Assembly: GCA_039026235.1 (NCBI GenBank)
Contig: JBCCMQ010000008.1
Location: 62,771 to 126,770 of the forward strand
Source: Pseudomonadota bacterium
GTDB lineage: Bacteria; Pseudomonadota; Alphaproteobacteria; Rhodobacterales; Rhodobacteraceae
Direction of reading: 5' to 3'
DNA: 64,000 nucleotides
In this document: positions 27,021-35,165 of the stretch, piece by piece
Position numbering within the stretch: position 1 is the stretch's first letter
How the letters are laid out: each line of letters begins with the position of its first letter
Translations under genes and position numbers: made by a program
Notes under the pieces: generated by a model
Seen by the model: only the letters and a program-made list of their open reading frames with translations
What the model was told of the DNA's origin: nothing
Database searches by the model: none

Positions 27021-28472
27021 ATGACCAACACCCTTTCCACGTCCGCCGAACCTGTCGTGATGTCCGCCCCAGCGGCGATGGAACACAATCCGAAGTCGTT
27101 CCTTGCTGACCAGTGGTTGCAGCAAGTGGACATCGTGCATCATGGCGGATCACGCGGTTCGGGAAAAACGACAGGCGCGATCTTGTCCTTGCTGCGCATC
27201 GTCTTGGAACAGGGTGCGACGGCGCGTGTGTTTGTGGGGCGCGAAAGCCATGCTGGTTGCATCCAGCTTGGCAACGAACTCTTTCTGATGCTCTGCCTTG
27301 CCTTTGGGCAAGGGAACGTGTCCCGAAACCAGAACGCTGGCACGATCAGCATCAAATTTCCTGAAGGCATCGCTAGTGTTGAAATCCGGCCCTTCAGCGA
27401 CACCAAGCAATACGCCTCAATTCAGGGCAAGACCTACACCGCCGCTCTTTTCGATGAAGCCGGGAACTATTCCAAGGCAGGTTGGGATTTGATGTGGCAG
27501 ATCATGTCGAACATGCGCGGCCCGGAAGGAATGCGTCTGCCGGTTCTGATCTTGTCCAACCCCTTCGGTGCCTCTCATGGGCGCATCCGCAAGACGTTCC
27601 TTTCGCATGGTTGGTTCCAGCCGTGGACGGACGACAGTGGGCTGACATACATCAACATCCAGTCCACGCTGTTCGACAACCCGCACATTGATCACAAGGC
27701 ATATGTCGCCCGCCTCAAGCGGTCTTGTGCCGGGAACCAGCCCAAAGAACGCGCATGGATTTACGGGGAGTATGGAAACAACCTGTCGTCCTTCTTCGGC
27801 AATCAGTATGACCCCAACGTCCACCTTCTTCCCGCTGATCTGATCGCCGCCGATCTGATGCAATATCGCCCCATCCTTGGGGGGTCTGGGGACTGGGGCA
27901 CCAGAAGCGCCTGTGCGGGCTTCATTGGCCTGAAACTGCGCAGCGACCTGATCATTGCCGACCGTCACTATCGCGCCGGGTCCATCTTCATCTTGGGCGA
28001 ATGCCACACCTTGGCCGACCGTGACATGGAAGACCTGTCCACCGGGACAGGCATCGCGCCGCAAGGTTGGGCCGAATTGATCAAAGACCTTGCCATCAAT
28101 CAGCAAGGCTTGAAGGCCGTGCCGCCGTTTGTGCAGGACAACGCCCGTGGCCTTGCGAACGACACGGTGACAACCCTAATGGCGCAGGCAGGTGTGCCTT
28201 GCCACGTCCCGTCGAAGGATCGGAAGGGCGGGTGGGCCTTGATCACCCAGCTTCTGGATAATGCCACGACCGGCGACGGTCCCGGCCTCTATATCCACCC
28301 GTCTTGTTCCTACCTGCTGGCGACCTTGCCCGACGCCCCTGCGAACCCAAACGACCCATCGGACCTTGATCCGAAGTGGGACGCAGATCACGCGGTCGAT
28401 GCTCTTTCATACCTCTGCACTTTTCTGACCCAACGCCGTGTCAGGCGCGGTCGAATTCGCGGCGATTACTGA
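27021..28472 (+). CDS. terL: phage terminase large subunit (TerL)
   Basis: 483 aa with Walker A GGSRGSGKT, Walker B TAALFDEAG, and a C-terminal RNaseH-like nuclease with acidic residues (GGSGDWG ... DADHAVDALSYL). Confidence 0.8.
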   Translation: MTNTLSTSAEPVVMSAPAAMEHNPKSFLADQWLQQVDIVHHGGSRGSGKTTGAILSLLRIVLEQGATARVFVGRESHAGCIQLGNELFLMLCLAFGQGNVSRNQNAGTISIKFPEGIASVEIRPFSDTKQYASIQGKTYTAALFDEAGNYSKAGWDLMWQIMSNMRGPEGMRLPVLILSNPFGASHGRIRKTFLSHGWFQPWTDDSGLTYINIQSTLFDNPHIDHKAYVARLKRSCAGNQPKERAWIYGEYGNNLSSFFGNQYDPNVHLLPADLIAADLMQYRPILGGSGDWGTRSACAGFIGLKLRSDLIIADRHYRAGSIFILGECHTLADRDMEDLSTGTGIAPQGWAELIKDLAINQQGLKAVPPFVQDNARGLANDTVTTLMAQAGVPCHVPSKDRKGGWALITQLLDNATTGDGPGLYIHPSCSYLLATLPDAPANPNDPSDLDPKWDADHAVDALSYLCTFLTQRRVRRGRIRGDY

Positions 28473-28501
28473 TCGTCACCCCAACCTTGAAAGGAAAGCA
28501 A

Positions 28502-29380
28502 ATGACAACTGAACTTGAACAAACCGCAACTGAACCTGAACAGATGACAGCCCCGCCGCCGAAGGCCCCCATCGACACCGCCGCGCGGAAAAAACGGGTT
28601 GCGGCCTTGCCCCCAGCGTCCCGCTACCCATTGGGCGCACAGGGTCAAATCTTCGTGCCGATGGCTGAAAGCATTCAGGCCGCTGGACCGCGCGCTGAAG
28701 CCATGTTGCGGGACATCCTGTCCACGCTGGAAAGTGCCCAGAAGGTGATGGACACCTGTGCTGACGCTGAAGACGCTGTGATCAGTTCCGAAAACCAGCT
28801 TCGCCAAGGTGCGAACGCTGACATCGGTCGGTTGGCCATGGTTGATGGGCGCGTGTCATCCATTCCCGGTCGCTATGACGAACTGGCGCGGGCCATGGGA
28901 CCGGCCATCGACAAAGAAATCACCAACTTGGACGCGCGGATCAAGCGCCACAACGATCACATGCTGGCCATGTTGGCCGAAATGGATGCGGCGCTGGTCT
29001 GCAATTGGACCGAAGGCGACAAGAACCTGAAGGCACAGGTCCGGGAACACATGCTGACCCTGACCAAACCCCAACGGAAGGCGTTCATGTCCAAGGCGGC
29101 GACTGAAGGCGATCTGGTGGCGATCCACACGATCCTGACATCCCCGACCTACCTGATGGGCATCGCGGAAACGGACATTGGCGACTTCCGAGAAACCGCC
29201 CGAAAGTTCATCAAACCGGAAAGCTGGAAAGCCTTCGAAGGGGGCAAGAAAGCCGAAAAGGCCATGGGACTGGCGAAGAAGTCGCTGGTCGAAAAGAAGG
29301 CCCGTGTCGAACGCTACCGGCTGGAAGACCAGAAACAAGCCACGGACGCCCTGAACGCCATCAGGACGCTACCGACATGA
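28502..29380 (+). CDS. hypothetical alpha-helical protein downstream of TerL
   Basis: ATG at 28502 is preceded by AAAGGAAAG. The 292-aa protein is charged and probably coiled-coil, with no motif I recognise. A scaffold or size-redirection role is speculation. Confidence 0.55.
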   Translation: MTTELEQTATEPEQMTAPPPKAPIDTAARKKRVAALPPASRYPLGAQGQIFVPMAESIQAAGPRAEAMLRDILSTLESAQKVMDTCADAEDAVISSENQLRQGANADIGRLAMVDGRVSSIPGRYDELARAMGPAIDKEITNLDARIKRHNDHMLAMLAEMDAALVCNWTEGDKNLKAQVREHMLTLTKPQRKAFMSKAATEGDLVAIHTILTSPTYLMGIAETDIGDFRETARKFIKPESWKAFEGGKKAEKAMGLAKKSLVEKKARVERYRLEDQKQATDALNAIRTLPT

Positions 29381-29479
29381 CAGGATGGCTTCGCTTAAAG
29401 GTTGTCTTCAATCTCACCCTGTTTGGGTAGAAGCCTCAACCGGTTAAGGCTTACCAGTTTAATGGCACTCATCAACTTC

Positions 29480-30094
29480 CTATGGCGCCCGCGTAGCCAA
29501 AAAGACAACGGCTAGTTCACGCCCATAGTGCCAACCGAACCTGTGCGTTCGACGCAGCGATATGAAGGTGGCGAAGGCCAAGAGTGAAACCGCGATCCAG
29601 TCACTTGTTGAGACCGCGCATACGACGGTCAAAATGATTAACGAGGCCGACAAGCCTCGCATCATCCCATAAATCCCGTTGAATTTGTCGATCCGGTTGG
29701 AATGTCCCGACGCCGCGACCCGCGCATAGACCTCGCGCATCGCAGCACGCGCTTCTGTCCTTGATACTGTTTCGCCTATGACGCCGTCCTCACGCAGAAT
29801 TCCAACGAAACGCGCATGCTGCTCACTCGTCAAAGACTCGCCATCCAATACCCGCTTGCTCGGCAATCCACCAAAGGGCCACCAAAGTAGTGTTTCGACG
29901 GTGTTCCCAACACCCTGTACAAGCTGCCCCAGAGCATACGATATTACCACAAACAGACCCAGTTCACCGAACGTGAAGCCGTCGGGGCCGAGGTATGCTT
30001 GAAGTTCCGGAAGCAACCACATTGCCCCGAAGGCCAAAACCGAGCCGGGGACGATGATCCCCGCGTATTCGTAGAACTCAAACGAAACGTTCAC
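29480..30094 (-). CDS. 4-TM membrane protein, partner of the MBL-fold hydrolase (unknown function)
   Basis: A GTG start at 30094 overlaps the upstream stop (GTGA). The 204-aa protein has hydrophobic helices YAGIIVPGSVLAFGAMWLL, LGLFVVISYALGQLVQGV, LSASLIILTVVCAVS and WIAVSLLAFATFISL around a soluble loop of about 90 aa. Confidence 0.6.
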   Translation of the reverse strand: MNVSFEFYEYAGIIVPGSVLAFGAMWLLPELQAYLGPDGFTFGELGLFVVISYALGQLVQGVGNTVETLLWWPFGGLPSKRVLDGESLTSEQHARFVGILREDGVIGETVSRTEARAAMREVYARVAASGHSNRIDKFNGIYGMMRGLSASLIILTVVCAVSTSDWIAVSLLAFATFISLRRTHRFGWHYGRELAVVFLATRAP

Positions 30095-30930
30095 GCAGCG
30101 ATGTTCAGCAGCACCGAGCCGCCTCCCATTTGGTTCAAGTGGAAACGCATTGTGCCATCGCTTCGCGTCGTGAGAACCTTACGCTGCTGTCCATTGTACT
30201 GAAAGCCTTTGGAATGACGTCGGTACAGATCGGTCGTCTCTTGGGTTTGAAAGACTTTTCCCTCATCAGAAATGATGACAGCTTGGATGTTTGGGCAGAG
30301 AGCCATTAGTTCTTCACAGTAGCCGTTTGCCCTACCGTGATGGGAAGCAACGAAGAGATTTACATCGAACAATTCAGCTATGAACGACGGGTCCCGCATT
30401 AGGGCTTTCCAACCCGGCCGTTCTAGGTCGCCGGGGAACAGGACCTTATGCGGCCCACACTTCACAAAGATGGCCAGGCTTAGATTGTTGGTGTCTGTAA
30501 AGCCAAACCTTGGGCTGAATTGGTTCCAATACACGGTGAAGGAAGTATCGCCGAAATCGTATGCTTGTACGCCAAGCGGTGGGCCGCCAGTAAATGTGTT
30601 CAGCATAGCGTTGTGCAAAAGTGCTATGCCATGACCCATACCGTGCTCTGATTTCATGGATGCTAGTTCACGAGGACCGACAGTTGCGTTGGTGGCTAAG
30701 ACATCCACATCCACGTTTCGCATTAGGTTACCAAATCCGGAAACATGGTCTTCGTCGAAGTTCGTGACATACAGCTTATCCACCACACTTATCCCCATAG
30801 CGGAAAGAGCGGTTCCGGGGTACCAACGGTTATGGGCATGGTGGCCGCAGTCGATTAGAACTTGTCGTCCATTGCTTGTCGAGATCAGTGCGCAAGCACC
30901 GTGGTCAACGTCGAATACATTAAGAAGCAT
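30091..30930 (-). CDS. standalone metallo-beta-lactamase-fold hydrolase, ComEC/Rec2 C-terminal-domain type
   Basis: ATG at 30930 lies 6 nt after GGAGG; the track start at 30942 is an upstream GTG. Motifs are DHGACALI..LIDCGH, NFDEDHVSG, FPGDLE and ASHHGRANG, in the order and spacing of the ComEC-like MBL domain. Confidence 0.75.
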   Translation of the reverse strand: MLLNVFDVDHGACALISTSNGRQVLIDCGHHAHNRWYPGTALSAMGISVVDKLYVTNFDEDHVSGFGNLMRNVDVDVLATNATVGPRELASMKSEHGMGHGIALLHNAMLNTFTGGPPLGVQAYDFGDTSFTVYWNQFSPRFGFTDTNNLSLAIFVKCGPHKVLFPGDLERPGWKALMRDPSFIAELFDVNLFVASHHGRANGYCEELMALCPNIQAVIISDEGKVFQTQETTDLYRRHSKGFQYNGQQRKVLTTRSDGTMRFHLNQMGGGSVLLNIAA

Positions 30931-31143
30931 GGCAGCCTCCACTACAGTTTGCGTTTACCTCCCCGACAGCCACAAAATATCGCAGATTCGCGCATGAGTC
31001 GAGTCCGCGTCGTTCTTTATTTGTTCCAAGGCATTAATCGCGCTCGCAATCTAAGCGTCTGGCGTTTCTTTCCAAAAAAACACCCAGCACAACACCCCGC
31101 AGGCTCAGCAGGAACCCAAGTTTTGTGTAAGTGCTTGAGAAGA

Positions 31144-31189
31144 TTGGTGCCGCTGAAGGGACTCGAACCCCCGACCCCATCATTACGAA
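31144..31189. repeat. proximal att repeat (3' 46 nt of tRNA-Thr)
   Basis: Identical to 20261-20306. It spans from the CCA end through the anticodon loop. Confidence 0.9.
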
Positions 31190-31219
31190 TGACGTGCTCT
31201 ACCAGCTGAGCTACAGCGG
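31144..31219 (-). tRNA. tRNA-Thr (anticodon CGU)
   Basis: The reverse complement is GCCGCTGTAGCTCAGCTGGTAGAGCACGTCATTCGTAATGATGGGGTCGGGGGTTCGAGTCCCTTCAGCGGCACCA. It folds as a cloverleaf: 7-bp acceptor GCCGCTG/CAGCGGC, D stem GCTC/GAGC, anticodon loop TTCGTAA, T loop TTCGAGT and an encoded CCA. Confidence 0.95.
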
Positions 31220-31321
31220 CCTTCGGGCCGACCGGCGGCCTGACGAAGTATTGCGCGCCGCTTCTACCGATTTGGGCCCCAAGGTCAACCGCGATCCGTC
31301 GGCTGAGAGCTTTAGCGGCGG

Positions 31322-32863
31322 TCAGTGGGCGGCGGGTCTTGCGGCCTCGGACGAAGGTTCGTCCTGTTTCACATCCACCCCGTTCACGGTGGTGTCGGAT
31401 CTCTGGGTGTCCACCGGCGCCTCTTCGATTTCGACCGGTTCGGCGTCTGGCACGTCCGGCTCCTCTGGGGCATCTTCGGCGGGCTCATCCTGGCCCACCA
31501 GAAGGGGCAGCATGTCATTTGCCCCGGCCACCACAGATTCCTGGTTCGGCGGAATGCGCCACGTCAGGGTATCGAAGCTGCCGCAGTGGTCGCAGAACGG
31601 CTTCCAGACCTCTTGGACCGCCAGGCAGTTGTCGCAGACCCATTGGTAGCCACGTGGCGCGGTGACCGCCCGCGCCAGCCAGCCGCGCACGACCGCATCC
31701 GGGGCGCCGGCGCCCCGCTCGATCGCGGCCATGATCGCGAGCGACCGCGTGGTGGGCTGGGTTTCGGCCAGGTCCCCCAGTGCTTTGCGCGCGGCGGGAA
31801 AATCCTCGGCTGCGATGTTCAATTCGGCCATCACCATGCGCGTTTCCGGATGCGTGGCCTGCATCCGGGTAAAGGTGGCAAAGCGCCTGACCCGCGCCGA
31901 AGGTGATTCCTTCGGCTCGACCTCGGCGAAGGCGGCGGCGATATCCGGATGTGGATTGGCGTCCCACGCCTTTTTCAGGATGCGCGCGGCAAGTTTCGGA
32001 CGATCCTGATCGATATAGGACCGCGCCGCCAGCGCCGCAGCGGGAACCAAATCGGGCGACAGGCGGTTGGCTTCGATGGCCCTTTCGCGGGCTTCGACCG
32101 GGCTGCCTTCGGCCAAGAGCTCTGAGGCCTCGGACAGCGCCAGAACCGCGTCACGGCGGCGGTGAATATCGCGCGGCAACTCGCCATGTTTCAATTTAGC
32201 GCCCAGCGTTTTCCGCGCCGCCGCCCAGTCGCCGTGCGTCCCTTGCAGTTTGAGAAGAGTGTCGCTGGTCTCGGTGTGTCGAGGTTTAAGGGCAAAGGCC
32301 CTTTCCGCCAATTTCAGGGCGGTATCCTCGTCGCACTCGACAAGCTTTTGCTTCATGATGCCGCGAATGCCGACAAAGCGGGTGCGGTCGTCGGTCAGCA
32401 GTCTCTTATAGGCCTCCTGGGCTTTCTTGGTGTCGCCGGCCATCTCAGCGGCCTGGGCGGAAAGCAGGTTGGTCAATTCCGGTCGAGCGAGGTTTTTCTC
32501 AGCTTTGGCCGCCTTGGCCATGGCCAGACGCCCTTCGCCGGACGCCAGTGCCATCATGCCATCTGCCAGGGCCTCAAATCCGCGGCGTTCGCGGTTGCGG
32601 TTCCAATACCGCGAGATGGCCGTTTCATCCCCGTTTATGACGGCGAGCGTGGCGAAAAGTAGCCCGAGAAGGCGCAACGCCAACCAGACGAGGACCAGTG
32701 CGGCGACTGCAAGCAAGGCCGCCTGCAACGGTCCGAAGGTAATCTCGACCCCAGCGGCGATCAGGCGGATTTCACCGTCGGCTTCAAGAAGCAGACCTGC
32801 GCCATAGGCAAAGGCCGCCGTCAGGGTGACGAACAGGAGAATTTTGATCAGCGACCACAACAT
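31322..32863 (-). CDS. HemY-like TPR membrane protein (heme biosynthesis-associated)
   Basis: 513 aa with two N-terminal TM helices, TPR-like repeats and a C-terminal zinc-ribbon-like segment (WVCDNCLAVQEVWKPFCDHCGSF). It sits next to hemD, as in other alphaproteobacteria. Confidence 0.8.
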   Translation of the reverse strand: MLWSLIKILLFVTLTAAFAYGAGLLLEADGEIRLIAAGVEITFGPLQAALLAVAALVLVWLALRLLGLLFATLAVINGDETAISRYWNRNRERRGFEALADGMMALASGEGRLAMAKAAKAEKNLARPELTNLLSAQAAEMAGDTKKAQEAYKRLLTDDRTRFVGIRGIMKQKLVECDEDTALKLAERAFALKPRHTETSDTLLKLQGTHGDWAAARKTLGAKLKHGELPRDIHRRRDAVLALSEASELLAEGSPVEARERAIEANRLSPDLVPAAALAARSYIDQDRPKLAARILKKAWDANPHPDIAAAFAEVEPKESPSARVRRFATFTRMQATHPETRMVMAELNIAAEDFPAARKALGDLAETQPTTRSLAIMAAIERGAGAPDAVVRGWLARAVTAPRGYQWVCDNCLAVQEVWKPFCDHCGSFDTLTWRIPPNQESVVAGANDMLPLLVGQDEPAEDAPEEPDVPDAEPVEIEEAPVDTQRSDTTVNGVDVKQDEPSSEAARPAAH

Positions 32864-32873
32864 TCGGCTACCC

Positions 32874-34298
32874 TCAATTTGTCTCTGCGCCGCTTAGACT
32901 GGGCAGAGCCCTGGTCGCGGCCTCGCGCGCGGTCGCATCGTCGATCCAGGGCGCCATGGCGGCGCGCCCATCCTCGGACAGGGCGTTGAGTTCTTCCAAC
33001 GCTCCGGCCAGATCTCCGGACTTCATCGCGGCCTCGGCACGCGACAGCACGGCATCCGGGCTGTCGCCTTCGCGCGGTGCGACGGATCGCACCGACAATT
33101 GGGCCTTCAGAAAGGACGCCGCGCGTTCCACCGCACCCTCGCCCGGATCGGCACGTACCGCCGCCGCAAGGGCCGCACGAGCACCTGCCGCATAGCCGGA
33201 TTCCAGCGCGGCGAGACTGACCACTCCGGTGTCAGAGATTGCTGCCAGCTCTTGCGGTGCGTCGAGACCCGTCGCGTCCGACCAATCGTCCAGAGCATCG
33301 GAAAACGGTTCTCCGGTTAGAAGGGCGGCGGCAATCTGGGTCTGGGCAGCGGCGGCCCGTTCGGCCGAGGTGTTCCGGTCTAGTCCCTGTAGCCGCGCAA
33401 CTTCAGCTTCCAGCGCTTCGATCTGGCTTTCCAGATCTGCTGACCGTGCGAGTTCCGCGGAAAGCTGATCGCGCAGTGCGCCAAGGGCGTTCTCATCCAC
33501 GATCACTTCGGGCGTGGCCTGCTCCAGTTCACCCATGCGGCTGTCGAGTGTCTCAAGCCGCGCGGTCAATTCACCCAGCGATCCACCGAGCGTCTCTTCG
33601 ATCTGACCGACTGCACCGCTGAGCGGTCCAGCAATGTCCGGCATGGCCGGCGCGGAGGTCCCTTCAAGCGCGGAAACTTTAGCGTCGAGCGCCTCGATCG
33701 CCGACTCAAGCGCGCTTGTATCGATTTCGGGTGCGGCCGGCGGTTCCGCTTCCGGTTGCGATGTCAGGACATAATTTGCGGCAGCAAATCCAATCAGACC
33801 GGCGACGAAGCCGCCCAAAAGGAACCCGAAAAAGCCCATGCCGCCGCTGCCCTGCGCTGGTTTCGCAGCCGTTTCTTCGGCCGCAGAGATTGCCGCAGGA
33901 GCTGGTTCGGGTGATGCCGTCTCGGCGTCCGTGGTCTCGGGTTGGGCCGCTTCCGCGTTCAGGATTTCAGCGTCTTCCACACCTTCGTCGCCGCCTGTAT
34001 CTTCGCCTTCCTCGATGCCTCTGTCGGCTTCAGCTTCATCCGCCGCATCCGGCACTTGGCCCGCGCCCGCATCGGTGGTCGAGGATGTGATCTCTGCGAT
34101 TGGATCCGATTCCTCTTCTGCGGAGGCCTCGACCGGCTTTTCACCGTCTTCTTCCGGTACTTCAGCCTGCGCGTCCCCGGCGCCCTTATCCGATGTATCG
34201 GCGCTGTCGGATTCGGTAACTATCTCTTTTTCCTGTTCTTCTTCGGGGTCCTTCGCGCTTGTCGAAGGCTTGGATGCTTTAGAAGATTTTCTCGCCAC
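32874..34298 (-). CDS. mitofilin/Mic60-like (alphaMic60, COG4223) membrane protein
   Basis: 474 aa with an acidic low-complexity N-terminus, one TM helix (MGFFGFLLGGFVAGLIGFAAANYVL), a coiled-coil region and a C-terminal mitofilin-like domain. It lies between hemD and the hemY-like gene, which is the published alphaMic60 synteny. Confidence 0.65.
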   Translation of the reverse strand: MARKSSKASKPSTSAKDPEEEQEKEIVTESDSADTSDKGAGDAQAEVPEEDGEKPVEASAEEESDPIAEITSSTTDAGAGQVPDAADEAEADRGIEEGEDTGGDEGVEDAEILNAEAAQPETTDAETASPEPAPAAISAAEETAAKPAQGSGGMGFFGFLLGGFVAGLIGFAAANYVLTSQPEAEPPAAPEIDTSALESAIEALDAKVSALEGTSAPAMPDIAGPLSGAVGQIEETLGGSLGELTARLETLDSRMGELEQATPEVIVDENALGALRDQLSAELARSADLESQIEALEAEVARLQGLDRNTSAERAAAAQTQIAAALLTGEPFSDALDDWSDATGLDAPQELAAISDTGVVSLAALESGYAAGARAALAAAVRADPGEGAVERAASFLKAQLSVRSVAPREGDSPDAVLSRAEAAMKSGDLAGALEELNALSEDGRAAMAPWIDDATAREAATRALPSLSGAETN

Positions 34299-34378
34299 GC
34301 GCCTATCCCCTTCTGGTGACGCGCCAAAAGAGGGCCACGTCTACCCAGAGAGAACCATAGCCCGCGTGCGGTGGCGCC

Positions 34379-35122
34379 TCAAGAAGAGTCCGTTTCGCTG
34401 AGCGTCTCAGCCATTAATTCGAGCATCGCCTCGGCGTTTGGTCGGGCGGCAATCTCAATGGTTTGGCCATAGGCTTCTGCAACGGCGGCGCTGAGTGCCA
34501 GGACGCGCAGCGCGGCCGGGGGGTTGGGGCCCACCGCCGTCTGAAACAATCCGGCTGTTCTCGGAGAGAAAAGCGGCACCAGACACGGACGCCCCGATCC
34601 GAGCAATTCACGCGCCGCACCGGACAAGCCCAACGGTCGCTGGTGGTAGATTTCCCGTGACGCCGTGGCGACGCCTTGGGCGGACAGCGTTGCGGCGATA
34701 TCGCCGCGGGTATGCCGGCCATGGAGATGAAGAAGCGGGCCGGTCGGGCGTGCCTTTGCGATCAAGCGTATCAGGCCGTCGGCGTCCGCATCGGCGCTGA
34801 TGGCGCTGAAACCCGCTTTCTCGGCATCCGCCGCCGTGCGCGCGCCCACGCAAAATGCGGTTCCCGTCAGCTCTGGATAAAACTCTCTGACCACAGCTAC
34901 GGCAGAGCGGGATGTGAAGATGATCCCGCCTCTGTGGGGCGGCAAGGTTCCGGGCCGCAACGGCGTTACACGCAAAAGCGGCGCCACCAGACAATGCACC
35001 CGGTCCCCAAAAGCAGCATGGCAGCTTTCCGCGAACTCATCCGCCATGGGCCGGGGGCGTGTGATTAAAATCGGAACGGGCAAGGCACGCACCGGGGCTG
35101 CGGGATTGTCTGCATAGCGCAT
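34379..35122 (-). CDS. hemD: uroporphyrinogen-III synthase
   Basis: HemD-like two-lobe sequence (ILITRPRP..., VGARTAADA...). I chose ATG at 35122 because the track start (GTG at 35221) would overlap the divergent tsaD by 56 nt. Confidence 0.7.
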   Translation of the reverse strand: MRYADNPAAPVRALPVPILITRPRPMADEFAESCHAAFGDRVHCLVAPLLRVTPLRPGTLPPHRGGIIFTSRSAVAVVREFYPELTGTAFCVGARTAADAEKAGFSAISADADADGLIRLIAKARPTGPLLHLHGRHTRGDIAATLSAQGVATASREIYHQRPLGLSGAARELLGSGRPCLVPLFSPRTAGLFQTAVGPNPPAALRVLALSAAVAEAYGQTIEIAARPNAEAMLELMAETLSETDSS

Positions 35123-35165
35123 TGGTGTTAGCTGCCGGGCGTTTTCTCTGCAACGGGGCGGTTGC

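Larger units (their letters stand above)
20261..31219. mobile_element. tRNA-Thr-integrated genomic island, phage-satellite-like (int, alpA, primase-helicase, ori, TerS-like/TerL, cargo)
   Basis: It is bounded by 46-bp direct repeats with a repeat-to-repeat distance of 10883 bp. A P4-type integrase sits at one end and an intact tRNA at the other. It is visibly AT-richer than the flanks and has no capsid, portal or tail genes. Confidence 0.8.

Noticed and set aside
29381-29479. Possible bidirectional terminator between the convergent island genes
   Set aside because: There is only a 6-bp stem (AAGCCT/AGGCTT, 29431-29452) with a 10-nt loop and no clear T-run, which is too weak to annotate.
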